Virus record (IMG/VR): IMGVR_UViG_3300049023_000137 | Coordinates: 1 to 34,245 of that record | Length of the DNA stretch: 34,245 nucleotides | Source: a virus | Lineage: Duplodnaviria > Caudoviricetes | Reading direction: 5' to 3' (one strand) | Shown: one piece after another, positions 1-9,012 of the stretch | Layout: each line of letters opens with the position of its first letter | Position numbering within the stretch: position 1 is the stretch's first letter | Translations under genes and position numbers: made by a program | The notes under the pieces: generated by a model | Seen by the model: only the letters and a program-made list of their open reading frames with translations | Told to the model about the DNA's origin: nothing | Database searches by the model: none

Positions 1-446
1 CGCACCTGGTAGCGCAGGCCTGCGGCGTCCGTGCCGTAGATCGCGCTCGGGTCCGGGATCGTCGTCGAACCGACGAACACCGTGCCCGCCTGCGCCGTCG
101 CGAGCACGGTGCCGCTGCCACCGGTGCCCGGGAGCGGAGCTTCGCCCCACATCGGCGCGTGATACCCGCGGAGCCATGACGTGCCCGCGCGGTCGATGCG
201 CACCTGATCGGCGAGCCACAGCGCGCGCTGCTGCTCGCCCATCAGCACGACGTCGATCGCGTCGGCCTCGTTGTACCAGCGCCCGCCCGCTGCGGTCGCG
301 GTGGCGATCTCGGTCTCGGTGAACGCCTCGCCCGTGTCGGGGTTCACGAGCTCGCGGAGCGCAGCGCGCCAGCTGGCGAGCGTGAGCTCGCGGTGTTCGC
401 CTCGCGTGAAGAACGAGAACTCGCGGTCAGCGGATGCGACGGTCAA
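1..446 (-). CDS. Baseplate J-like protein (Mu gp47 type), N-terminal part, runs off window
   Basis: Manual translation from TTG at 446 (TTGA overlap with upstream stop, GGAG SD): MTVASADREF...LWLADQVRIDRAGTSWLRGYHAPMWGEAPLPGTGGSGTV...GTVFVGSTT...GLRYQV. Matches the baseplate-J pattern and position. Confidence 0.75.
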   Translation of the reverse strand, partial: MTVASADREFSFFTRGEHRELTLASWRAALRELVNPDTGEAFTETEIATATAAGGRWYNEADAIDVVLMGEQQRALWLADQVRIDRAGTSWLRGYHAPMWGEAPLPGTGGSGTVLATAQAGTVFVGSTTIPDPSAIYGTDAAGLRYQV

Positions 447-940
447 AGGATATCTCCGAGGCTGGAGTCAATGCGCACGCGCTGGATGTCGAACTCGATG
501 TCAGTGCCGTCGTTCGGCTTCTTCCGTCGTCGCTGAGTGCGCATGTTGATGTACTGGAACCAGACGTGTCCCGTGTCTCCGTCCTCGACGACTGCCACCT
601 TCGGGAGCTTGATGTCGCCGCGCTCGATCAGGTCTGCGAACAGGTTCTCGACTGCGTTCGTCACGCGCTTCACGAACGCGTCGTCGACCTTGCGGATCTG
701 CGCGAACTCGTGACCGACGTTCATCACGCTGACGCCCGATGCGCGCTGCGTGCGGAGCCGCGTGATCACGTGCGAATCGACGGGATGAATCCCGCTCAGA
801 ATCGACAGCAGTTCACCCGTGCTCGGGTCGATGTTGTCCGCGAGGACCGCGGGAGGCTTCGCTGGCGAGACGAACTCGACAGGCGACGCGAGGCCGGCTG
901 CCGAGACGCCTGCAGGAACGAGGACGATGGGTGCGGGCAT
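443..940 (-). CDS. Putative baseplate wedge protein (Mu gp46/gp25-like)
   Basis: 165 aa between spike region and baseplate J. Segment RVTNAVENLFADLIERGDIKLPKVAV...VWFQY fits the gp25/gp46 pattern; call rests mainly on synteny. Confidence 0.55.
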   Translation of the reverse strand: MPAPIVLVPAGVSAAGLASPVEFVSPAKPPAVLADNIDPSTGELLSILSGIHPVDSHVITRLRTQRASGVSVMNVGHEFAQIRKVDDAFVKRVTNAVENLFADLIERGDIKLPKVAVVEDGDTGHVWFQYINMRTQRRRKKPNDGTDIEFDIQRVRIDSSLGDIL

Positions 941-962
941 ATGTGCGATGGAGCTGCGTTCG

Positions 963-1057
963 TGCTAGGTGCATGCACCTGGGCGCTCGGGTGTTCGTTG
1001 CGCGTGCCGGATCCCGGGCATTGCCGCAGGATCGCGATCCTGCTAGGTGCATGCACC
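963..1057. repeat. 17-bp direct repeat TGCTAGGTGCATGCACC (963-979, 1041-1057) with palindromic core, plus 18-bp palindrome GCAGGATCGCGATCCTGC (1026-1043)
   Basis: Read directly from the 941-1071 intergenic gap. Confidence 0.85.
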
Positions 1058-1071
1058 AAGCAGGACGACGC

Positions 1072-1383
1072 CTAGTTCAGCGGGCAGGGGATGGTCCGCG
1101 GGACCGGAGGAATCGGCGGCGTCAGCGATGGGATCATCACCGTTGCGAGCACCAGCGCGGGCGCTGCGGGTGCCCCAGGAAGCGTCGGAAGCGAGCGCGG
1201 CACCGGAGGCGTCGGCGGTATCAGCGAGGGCAGCAGCACGCTCGCCAGCGCGAGCACGGGGGCACCCGGGACGCCCTGCAGGTCGACACCGGCCTTCGGG
1301 ATCGGTGGAATCGGCGGAGTCAGCGACGGCAGCAGGACGCTTGCGAGCACGAGCGTCGGAGGCTGCGGGAACGCGCAGGACAC
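1072..1383 (-). CDS. Proline-rich protein with three 33-aa repeats, candidate spike-tip protein
   Basis: GTG start overlaps the spike stop (TAGTG). Three LxLAxVxxPSLxPPxPPxP units at a 99-bp period; Cys near each end. Confidence 0.65.
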   Translation of the reverse strand: MSCAFPQPPTLVLASVLLPSLTPPIPPIPKAGVDLQGVPGAPVLALASVLLPSLIPPTPPVPRSLPTLPGAPAAPALVLATVMIPSLTPPIPPVPRTIPCPLN

Positions 1384-2042
1384 TAGACGGGCGGCCCCGC
1401 GCTGGCCTTCAGCGTCGACGACGGTGTGTTCGCGGGCAGCATCACCGAGAGCGCGGTCGCGATGTCGCCGACGACCATCGAGCCGTTCACCTGCACGTTA
1501 CCGTTGATGACGATCCCGGTGTCGTTGATCTCGATGTACGCGTTACCGAGTCGGTTTGCGATCACGACCTTCGAGCCGGCGAGCTGGATCATCACGCCGC
1601 TGTCATGCATGATGGTCACGTTCGAATTCGCCGTCGTCGTGTCGATGCTGATCGCGCTTGCCTTCGACCCGTCAGCCTTCGGCGCGTACGCGGTGAAGTC
1701 GCAGCCGTCGTTCGTCGCGTTCGGCTTCAGCGACACGAAGCCGCCGTAGTACCCGGTCAGGATCGCTTCACCGAGCTTCCCGTTCGTCTGCGCGCTCAGG
1801 CGCGGATCGCGCCAGCCCACAGGAAGGAGCCCGTCCTCGGTGCGGACGCAGATCGCCTCCGCTGCTCCGTTCTCGTCGGGCGGCAGCGGGCGCGTGATCA
1901 CGCCGAGCGCGCCGTAGGCGATCTGTTCGTTCGATGTCTCGCCCTCGATTCCTTCGACGTTGGCGACGAGCACCTTTTTCGTGCCCTTCAGGGACGTGGC
2001 GACGACGCGCGCCAGCGAGAACACCCAGTCGAAGCCGCCCAT
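1383..2042 (-). CDS. Baseplate central spike (Mu gp45/gpV-like)
   Basis: N-terminal OB-like region (QIAYGALGVITRPLPP...AEAICV...DPR...GEAIL) and beta-helix repeats (YIEINDTGIVINGNVQVNG); follows the hub gene. Confidence 0.75.
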   Translation of the reverse strand: MGGFDWVFSLARVVATSLKGTKKVLVANVEGIEGETSNEQIAYGALGVITRPLPPDENGAAEAICVRTEDGLLPVGWRDPRLSAQTNGKLGEAILTGYYGGFVSLKPNATNDGCDFTAYAPKADGSKASAISIDTTTANSNVTIMHDSGVMIQLAGSKVVIANRLGNAYIEINDTGIVINGNVQVNGSMVVGDIATALSVMLPANTPSSTLKASAGPPV

Positions 2043-3164
2043 CTATACCTCGAAAATCCCCGGCGCCACGAGCGACAGCATCGTCGTTGCGCCTTCCTGC
2101 GACGACCCGGTGCACACGACCCGGTGCACGTAGTACAGCCCCGCCGGCGAGCCGATCGCGTCGATGTCGACGTCGCACGTCGTGTTTACGCCGTACGGGA
2201 TCGCGCTCGTGCCGTCCCAATACGACCACCCGTCGACCGACAATTCATAGCAGTCTTTGCGCTTCGACCGGTTCGCGCGCTCGCGGTTCGCTCTCGACTG
2301 CGCGATCGACGCAGACCGCGAGCCGTCGTCCATGATCAGCACCGGCCGGTGGAACCCAGCGGCCTGCACGTCGCTCCACGCCGCGCTCACCTTTACGCGC
2401 TTCCGGTTCTCATAGTCGTCGCCAACGAGCGCGCCGTGCACGTTCACCTCGCTCGGCACGTCGCTCCAGTCCGCGATGCGCTGCCACTCGAGCAGGTTGT
2501 TCGCGTGCGACTGCCACCCGCGCTTCGACGCGAACCGGTACAGCGGCAGTTGCTGATCGTCGGGAGCGCCCACGTAGATTTTCCCGTCGGGCGTCTCCCA
2601 GTGCATGAGCCCGTAGCGTTTTAGGTGCTTCTCTGCGGCCTCGCGCACGGTCTCGGGCGGGTTCACCTTCGCCTCTTTGGCGGTCATCCGGCGCAGATCG
2701 GCCGGCGGAGCCTGGCCGCGCGAGCCGCGCCCGGTCATCAGGTCGCGCTCGACGTCGGCGCGGAACACGAAGTCAGACTCGGTGATGCCGTACGGCTCGT
2801 AGAGCTTCAGGAGAAAATCCTTGATCGTGCTCCTCTCGACGCGGACTCGAGGGTCGGCGCTCGCGTAGTACGCGTCCGCCATGATGCCGCGGATCGTGAT
2901 CTGCGTCGTGCTCCCGTTCGCTGCGCTGCCCGTCGTGTTCGGGATGTACACGCGGCCGGTCATGCGCAGCCGGTCGTTCAGGTACACGCGGAACTCGCTG
3001 CCGTGATCGATGACGCCCGCGAGCTCCGCGTACGAGCGGTCGTCGCCGACGTCCATCACGCACTGCGCGGGCGCCCCGATCTCGTTCGTGATCTCGATCG
3101 AGTTGAACCGGTCGAACGTGCCGAACTCGGACTCGACGGTAATCCGGTCAACCGGCCTAGGCAC
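2043..3164 (-). CDS. Baseplate hub protein (Mu gp44/P2 gpD-like)
   Basis: 373 aa with GSEFRVYLNDRLRMTG, KVNPPETVRE, WETPDGKIYVG, NNLL, SEVNVHG and YYVHRVV motifs typical of this family; synteny. Confidence 0.8.
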   Translation of the reverse strand: MPRPVDRITVESEFGTFDRFNSIEITNEIGAPAQCVMDVGDDRSYAELAGVIDHGSEFRVYLNDRLRMTGRVYIPNTTGSAANGSTTQITIRGIMADAYYASADPRVRVERSTIKDFLLKLYEPYGITESDFVFRADVERDLMTGRGSRGQAPPADLRRMTAKEAKVNPPETVREAAEKHLKRYGLMHWETPDGKIYVGAPDDQQLPLYRFASKRGWQSHANNLLEWQRIADWSDVPSEVNVHGALVGDDYENRKRVKVSAAWSDVQAAGFHRPVLIMDDGSRSASIAQSRANRERANRSKRKDCYELSVDGWSYWDGTSAIPYGVNTTCDVDIDAIGSPAGLYYVHRVVCTGSSQEGATTMLSLVAPGIFEV

Positions 3165-4095
3165 GCTCGAACACCTTCACCGTCGCGCGCGCAGGGATCG
3201 CGAGCGGGTCGCCAAGGTTCGGGTTCGCGGACATCAGCGCCATCGGGTCCTGACCGAGCTCCGCCGCGATGTCGAAAATCGACCGTTGCGACGGGACGAC
3301 GTACGGCACGAGGCGAGGCAGCGCGCTCTGCTTCTCGTCGACGACGCGAGCCGCCTTGTCACGGAGCTCGACGAGCCCGCGCACCGCGCGCGCGCCGGGA
3401 GGCATCGCCAGGAGCTCGCCGACCTGCGTACGGCGCGACGCGTGGATGTCCTCGAGGCGTCCGCACAGCGCGACCACGCTGTCAGCCTGCGCCTGGAGAT
3501 CGCCGAAGTACTCGAAGGGCGAGTTGATCAGCGTCTCGATCTGCGATGCGAGCTCTGAGATCCCAGCGCTCGAGTCGGACAGCGAGACGCCGTTCTGCTC
3601 CGCACTGAACGTCGTGATCTCCGCGAGCCGGCGAGACACCGAACGCGCAGACGGCGCGGTAAACGAACTCGACGTGAGGTTGTCCTCGTTGTCCTCGATG
3701 AACGTCAGCGTGACGATGCCGGTGTCGATCTCCTCGAACGTTTCCTTGCGATCGTACGACTCCGCGCGGCAGCGTTTCCGGCCCACGGTGGGCAGCGTGA
3801 GCGTGCCTGTCTCGTGGACGTCGAACGACTTCACGAGGAAGTTCAGGACGTCCGGGTACAGGTCAGCGACCGGGATCCCCTCCTCGGTGTTTCCGTTGAA
3901 GAAATCGACCTCGAGCGTCCACGTTTTCTCGACGCTGCCCGTGTCGTCGAGCTTCGCGCCGTTGCGGTTCTGCCGGTTGCGCCGGACGAGGCGGTTACCG
4001 CCGCGCTCGGAGATCGACTTGACCGGGATCGGCACCTTGTAGCCAGGAACCTCCCACGTGCACAGCGGGTATTGCTCGAAGATGGTGTCGGCCAT
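3157..4095 (-). CDS. Mu gpN-like DNA-circularization/tail protein with C-terminal LysM-like segment
   Basis: N-terminal GGNRLVRR...AKLDDTG...GTLTLPTVG...LTFIED; C-terminal SIFDIAAELGQDPMALMSANPNLGDPLAIPA; lies directly after the tape measure gene. Confidence 0.8.
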   Translation of the reverse strand: MADTIFEQYPLCTWEVPGYKVPIPVKSISERGGNRLVRRNRQNRNGAKLDDTGSVEKTWTLEVDFFNGNTEEGIPVADLYPDVLNFLVKSFDVHETGTLTLPTVGRKRCRAESYDRKETFEEIDTGIVTLTFIEDNEDNLTSSSFTAPSARSVSRRLAEITTFSAEQNGVSLSDSSAGISELASQIETLINSPFEYFGDLQAQADSVVALCGRLEDIHASRRTQVGELLAMPPGARAVRGLVELRDKAARVVDEKQSALPRLVPYVVPSQRSIFDIAAELGQDPMALMSANPNLGDPLAIPARATVKVFERA

Positions 4096-4115
4096 GGCTG
4101 TTGGTCAGGAATCGG

Positions 4116-6050
4116 TCACCCGCCGCGCGTCGCGTATCCCGGCGCCGTCGGCGCGCCGCCGCTGGGCGCGTTTCCCGCCGGCTGCTTCAGGTCGTTAGCG
4201 TTCACGATGCGAGCCTGCACCACGCCGTCGATGCCCATCTTCCGGGCCGCCTGCGCGCGGCTCGGACCTTCGCTCTCAAGCAACGCTGCGAGCTTCCCGA
4301 GCACGCCGCCGCCGTGCTGCGCTTGGCTGTCGAGCACCTCCTGCTCGAGTCGCGACGCCGTGTCGCCCGCGCTCTCCTTCTGGATCTGGAGCAGCGTCGC
4401 CTGAGCGCGCAGGTTCCCGAGCTTCTGCGGGTCTTCTTTCTCCAGTTTCGCGATTTGCTCTGGCGACATCCGAAGCGAAGCGAGTTCGCGTCCGGCCTTC
4501 GCCTCGCGTCCGCGCGCCTCGCGCGCGGCCTTCGACTTGCCGTACTCCTCGATGGTCTGACCGGACGTGAACATGCCCACGAAGTCCGCGAAGGAGCCGA
4601 GCATCTCGCCGGCGAAGATGATCGCGTCGGTGAACCCGCGGATCGCGTCGGGGTTGTTCGAGAACTCGTCGACAAGCCTGCTCAGCGCAGGAGTCACTGA
4701 CTCGCTCACCTGCGCAACGATTGACTGCCACGCGGCGGTAAGCTTCGCGCTGTTCGTGCTCTGCGCGCGCTCGCTGTCCTGCATGACGTCGGTCCAGGTA
4801 CCCGCGGCGTTGATTGCGCCGTTGAACTGCTGACGCAGCATCTCGATCGCGGCGGCGCGCTTCTGCGCGTTCGTGCCTTCGGTCTGCGCGAAGGTTGCCT
4901 GGTACTTCGCGATCAGTGGGTTGATCGCGCGGATCCCTTGCTCGCCGAAGATCTCCGCAAGCTTCGCGTTCTTCTGCTCCGTGTTCGTGCCGCCGACCTT
5001 GCTGATCGCGTCGACTAGGATGTCTGGCACGTCGCGGACCTTGCCTTTGTCGTAGACCTTCACGCCGGCAGCGCGCAGATCGCCGCTCTTCACCTTCAGG
5101 TTCGTGAGCAGCGACTCGACCGCGGTCGCAGCCTGCTCGCCGGAGCCCGTGCCGGAACGCGCGATCTGCGTGAGCCCGCCGAGCGTCTTGACGCCCTGCG
5201 CGTTTCGCTGGATTCCGAACGCCGAACCCGACGCCGCAAGTCGTTGAAACAGACTCGCCGCATCCTTCAGCTCGAAGCTACCCGCTTTGCCCTGATAGAT
5301 CAGAGCCGCGAGCACGTCGCGCACTTCCTTCGGATCGGTTACGCCGAACTGCGTGGACACCGACGCGACCGCTTCGGACACGTCACCGATCTCCGCGCCG
5401 GAGGCGGTCGCGGCGACGCCGAAGTCGCGCAGCGACGAACGGACCGTGGCGAGGTCGCCTGTCAGCGAGACGAACTTCGCAGCAGCATCTGCAGCGGCTT
5501 CGCCGGTGATGCCTTTGACGTCGCGCGCCACATCAAAGAACTCCTTCGTGAGCGCCTTGGGATCGACGTACTCCTGCCCCGCGCCGCGCGCACCGATCGA
5601 GATCCGGTTCGCTGCTTCCTGGACGCGGTTCGCTTCGCTCGCAGCCTGCACCGTGGTACCTACGGCGGCGTCAATCGCCTGCTTGCCGTAGTCGGCTGCG
5701 AGCTGCCCCGCCGCGATCGTGCCGACGCCGATGCGGCCCTTCGCGCCGCTGAACGCGTCCTTGAAGTAGTTCTTGATCTTCCGCGCGACGACGAGCGCCT
5801 TCACGTCCATCGTGTGCAGCGCGGAGAGGAACCCTTCCTTGTTCAGCCGAACGTTCCGCAGCGCGACGAACGCTGCTTTCGTACGGTTTGCGAACCCCGC
5901 GACGTCGCGCCCGCTCTTCACGATCCACGTCTTGATCGCGCCGGAGAGCGTCTCCTCAGTTTTCTTCGCAGGAGCCTTGATGGCGTCCGACAGGTTGTTG
6001 AGGCCGACCGGTTTTACCCGGACGGTAAGCGTCGTGTCTTTGTCGCTCAA
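4116..6050 (-). CDS. Tape measure protein
   Basis: 644 aa, Ala-rich and helical, with tape-measure core motifs QGKAGSFELKD, EQAATAVESLL and LAEIFGEQGIRAI; lies after the chaperone gene. Confidence 0.85.
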   Translation of the reverse strand: MSDKDTTLTVRVKPVGLNNLSDAIKAPAKKTEETLSGAIKTWIVKSGRDVAGFANRTKAAFVALRNVRLNKEGFLSALHTMDVKALVVARKIKNYFKDAFSGAKGRIGVGTIAAGQLAADYGKQAIDAAVGTTVQAASEANRVQEAANRISIGARGAGQEYVDPKALTKEFFDVARDVKGITGEAAADAAAKFVSLTGDLATVRSSLRDFGVAATASGAEIGDVSEAVASVSTQFGVTDPKEVRDVLAALIYQGKAGSFELKDAASLFQRLAASGSAFGIQRNAQGVKTLGGLTQIARSGTGSGEQAATAVESLLTNLKVKSGDLRAAGVKVYDKGKVRDVPDILVDAISKVGGTNTEQKNAKLAEIFGEQGIRAINPLIAKYQATFAQTEGTNAQKRAAAIEMLRQQFNGAINAAGTWTDVMQDSERAQSTNSAKLTAAWQSIVAQVSESVTPALSRLVDEFSNNPDAIRGFTDAIIFAGEMLGSFADFVGMFTSGQTIEEYGKSKAAREARGREAKAGRELASLRMSPEQIAKLEKEDPQKLGNLRAQATLLQIQKESAGDTASRLEQEVLDSQAQHGGGVLGKLAALLESEGPSRAQAARKMGIDGVVQARIVNANDLKQPAGNAPSGGAPTAPGYATRGG

Positions 6051-6720
6051 AGGATGTCAGCAATCGTTTCTACGTACTCACCACGAAGAATCTTGCGCAG
6101 GTGCGCGAGCCTCAGGCTACCCGACTGGAGTTCATTTGCGATCGCAATGACTGTAGCTGCGTCAGAGAGCTCACAAGCAGGCTCGCCATAGTAATCACGT
6201 AGCTGTCGAGCTCTGTGCCAGCGATACCGACTAAAGGGCTGAGGTTCTGCACCTCCGAGACAGCGCGCGCCGACCGAATCACATCGTCCTCCGTGACCAC
6301 TGTCACGGCCGGATTGACCATCTTGCTGTAGATCTCGAGGTGCCTCCACACGTCGATGAGCGACTCCGAGTCGAAGCCCTCGCCGGGCTTGTCGGAGAGG
6401 AGGTACTCCAGCGGCTGAAACTGGTCGTGCGGCGCATCCTTCGAGCGCATCGCGCGCGCAAGTTGTGCCATCGTGTCGAGCTGCTCGAAGAGGTCGGCGT
6501 CTTCCTTCGGGTCGAGCTTCTGCTTCGCGAAGATCTCGCGGGCTTCCTTGCGTGCCTTCATCTTCTCGATGTCGCGCAGCACGCGCACGCGGATCTCGAT
6601 CTCCTCGAACGACCCGTCCGATCGGATGCGCTTGACGGCATCCTTGAACAGGACACGCCCGCCGTGCTCGATGATCGCGAGATCCTCGACCTTCTTCCCC
6701 TTCAGCCACTCGTGCATCAT
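6047..6720 (-). CDS. Tail assembly chaperone G-T product via -1 frameshift at C CCT TTA (6238-6232)
   Basis: In-frame X XXY YYZ heptamer. The -1 frame reads PFSRYRWHRARQLRDYYGEP...IADIL, and its TGA overlaps the tape measure TTG start. Confidence 0.7.
6112..6720 (-). CDS. Tail assembly chaperone (G product)
   Basis: Acidic helical 202-aa ORF between tail tube and tape measure genes. Confidence 0.7.
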   Translation of the reverse strand: MMHEWLKGKKVEDLAIIEHGGRVLFKDAVKRIRSDGSFEEIEIRVRVLRDIEKMKARKEAREIFAKQKLDPKEDADLFEQLDTMAQLARAMRSKDAPHDQFQPLEYLLSDKPGEGFDSESLIDVWRHLEIYSKMVNPAVTVVTEDDVIRSARAVSEVQNLSPLVGIAGTELDSYVITMASLLVSSLTQLQSLRSQMNSSRVA

Positions 6721-6726
6721 CCGATG

Positions 6727-7095
6727 TCAGCTCGCCTTCTTCGCGCCGCAGATGAACGTGAGCGACGTCTTGAACGCGTCGTCGGCGGGCTGGTCCTCGG
6801 CGATCTCCTGGAACGCGCCCTCGAGCACGCGCACCGCGCCGCCGGGCAGCTTCTGCCGGATCTGTTTCATCTGGCCGGACTGCACGAGCGTGAAGAAATC
6901 GCGCTCGGGGCCACTCTCAGGCACCTCGAGGTCGAACTTCAGCGTGCCTTCGGTGTTGCCCATCGTCACGCCCGCGTTCCTGCGCCGCAGCGTCGACTTC
7001 ATTTTCGCGTTGTTCGTGTAGGTGAAGTTCCAGTTTGTCACCTGCACGAGGTCGCCGTTATCCATGGCGATATACGCTCTCGGATACTTCTCCAC
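6727..7095 (-). CDS. Tail tube protein
   Basis: 122 aa, beta-rich, immediately after the sheath gene. Confidence 0.75.
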   Translation of the reverse strand: MEKYPRAYIAMDNGDLVQVTNWNFTYTNNAKMKSTLRRRNAGVTMGNTEGTLKFDLEVPESGPERDFFTLVQSGQMKQIRQKLPGGAVRVLEGAFQEIAEDQPADDAFKTSLTFICGAKKAS

Positions 7096-7098
7096 GGG

Positions 7099-8625
7099 TC
7101 ACCCGATCCTCTGCCCGACGATTCCGAGCTTCGCGAGCGGCTTGATGATCTTGAACGGAATCACGATGTCGACCTGCGAATCGTCGGTCTCGTTGATCTG
7201 CACGCTCAGCGTGCCGTCCGCGACTGCCTCGGTAAGCGCATCGCGCCGGAGCACGCCGCGCGAGACCCACTCGTCCGCGTGCGCGATCACGAACGCCTTG
7301 ATGTCGCGCGGCTCGACGACGCCGGCCGGAAGCTCCTCCTCGTCGCCGGTCAGATCCGGATGAATCTTCGCACCGCGGAACTCTTCCTTCAGCGCGCGCC
7401 GAAGATCCTTCAGGTACGCGTACGCGCCAGACACGCCGGACACGTACCGAAGCTTGTCGCTGCGGTTCCCGTCGCTGTCCTGCGAGTAGGTCGTGAGCGG
7501 CGCGACGAGGTACGGGTCGAGCTGCGCGTCGTAGTTCACGATCGACAGGCCGTCGATCAGCGCGCTCTCAATCTCCGCCGCGGTCGGCTTGTCCGCGACC
7601 AGATCAGCCGCGCCGAACAGCCCATCGATCGGGTCGTCGATGCGGTTCACCGCCGGATCGATCTGCTCCTCGCGCAGGCGCCGGCCAGCCTCCCAGCCCG
7701 CGAACTCGCAGCCGAGCGACTGCCCGGCCATGCAGAACACGTACTGCGTCGGCCCGTGGTTGCGCGCGATGGCGCCAGTCTGCGCCGCCGAGAGCGTGCC
7801 CGTGAGCCCGACGATCTGCTGCTGGAGCTTCGCGTTCAGGCCACTGCTGTACGTCTCGATGTGCGCTTCGATCAGCGCGGGATTGCTCGTGCCCGACGCG
7901 CTTTCCGCGTCCGCATTCGAAACGCACGGGATGATGAAGTCGTACTCGTACGACGACACGTTCGTGAGCGCCGTCGCGAAGCTCGGCTCGGTCGTGCCGC
8001 CCGTTAGCGCTGATCCGGCAGCCGTCACCGTGCCGCCGGCGCCGTCGATGAGCTGCGCGCGATAGGTGATGTCGTTGCCCCACGGGCCAGCGAATTTCGC
8101 GGTCAGAGTGACGATCGCGACGGTGCCGCCGACGTTCGACAGCACGACCGGGATCTTGTCGCTGAGCGCGTTGCCGGCCTCGACGACCTTCGTCGCGATG
8201 TCGACCTCATCCTCGCCGACGAGCCACGGGACCGCGAAATATTCGCCCTTGATCCACACCTCGACGGTCCGAGCACTCGTGATCGGGCTCGTGTCGTCGA
8301 ACGTCAGCGTGCCGGTTGCCGCGACGCCGCCGCTGGCTGTCGGCGCGATGACGTCAAGCGATGCCGTCGGGTGCGCGCGGAACAGGGCGACCGCGGCAAG
8401 GTGCCCAGGCGTGCCAGGACCGAGCAGCCCGCGCGCCTCGCTCGCGTCGGTCACGCCGCGCTCGAGCTGCGTGTTCGCGGTGATGGTGCCCGAGCTCGAC
8501 TTCGGGGCCATCATCAGCCCGCGCATCGCGAGCGAGCCGGGCGCGGAGGGGCCCGCGGTCAGGTCGACGTTGAGGTAGATGCCGGGCGTAAGGACCGCCG
8601 GATCGACGGCAACGGGCGTACTCAT
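7099..8625 (-). CDS. Tail sheath protein (Mu gpL-like)
   Basis: 508 aa with TPGIYLNVD, LTAKFAGPWGNDI, ALTGGTTEP, EIESALIDGLS and LTTYSQDSDGN motifs of Mu-type sheaths. Confidence 0.92.
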   Translation of the reverse strand: MSTPVAVDPAVLTPGIYLNVDLTAGPSAPGSLAMRGLMMAPKSSSGTITANTQLERGVTDASEARGLLGPGTPGHLAAVALFRAHPTASLDVIAPTASGGVAATGTLTFDDTSPITSARTVEVWIKGEYFAVPWLVGEDEVDIATKVVEAGNALSDKIPVVLSNVGGTVAIVTLTAKFAGPWGNDITYRAQLIDGAGGTVTAAGSALTGGTTEPSFATALTNVSSYEYDFIIPCVSNADAESASGTSNPALIEAHIETYSSGLNAKLQQQIVGLTGTLSAAQTGAIARNHGPTQYVFCMAGQSLGCEFAGWEAGRRLREEQIDPAVNRIDDPIDGLFGAADLVADKPTAAEIESALIDGLSIVNYDAQLDPYLVAPLTTYSQDSDGNRSDKLRYVSGVSGAYAYLKDLRRALKEEFRGAKIHPDLTGDEEELPAGVVEPRDIKAFVIAHADEWVSRGVLRRDALTEAVADGTLSVQINETDDSQVDIVIPFKIIKPLAKLGIVGQRIG

Positions 8626-9005
8626 CGGCTACCTCCGAGTAGGAACGCCTTCGGGCGCTCGGTCTCGCCGCTCGGCGAGGTCAGCGGCGCGCTCTCGGCG
8701 ACGGCGCGAACGCCCTTTGCGGGCAGGCCCGCAGCCTCGCGCGCAGCCGCGTTCTTCGCAGCGCGCGCCTTCTGCTGCGTTTCGTACTCGGCCGCGGTGT
8801 GCTTCTTCAGCGCGCCGTCGGCGATCGCGCCGTCGTACTCGGCGCGGAAACGGCTGTACTCGTTCGAAGGAATACCCACGATCCTCACCGTGTCCCATGT
8901 GATCTGTTTGCCGACGCGCTTCGCGCCGATGTACGTGTTCGGTGGAGCGCCAAAGCGCCGCACCGTGCGCCCCTCAACAGGGGTCACGTAGAGCCCGAAT
9001 TCCAT
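8622..9005 (-). CDS. Mu gp38-like small protein preceding the sheath
   Basis: LYVTPVEGRTVR start and AIADGAL resemble the Mu gp38/DUF2635 pattern; synteny; ATGA overlap with sheath. Confidence 0.55.
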   Translation of the reverse strand: MEFGLYVTPVEGRTVRRFGAPPNTYIGAKRVGKQITWDTVRIVGIPSNEYSRFRAEYDGAIADGALKKHTAAEYETQQKARAAKNAAAREAAGLPAKGVRAVAESAPLTSPSGETERPKAFLLGGSR

Positions 9006-9012
9006 AGGTCTG

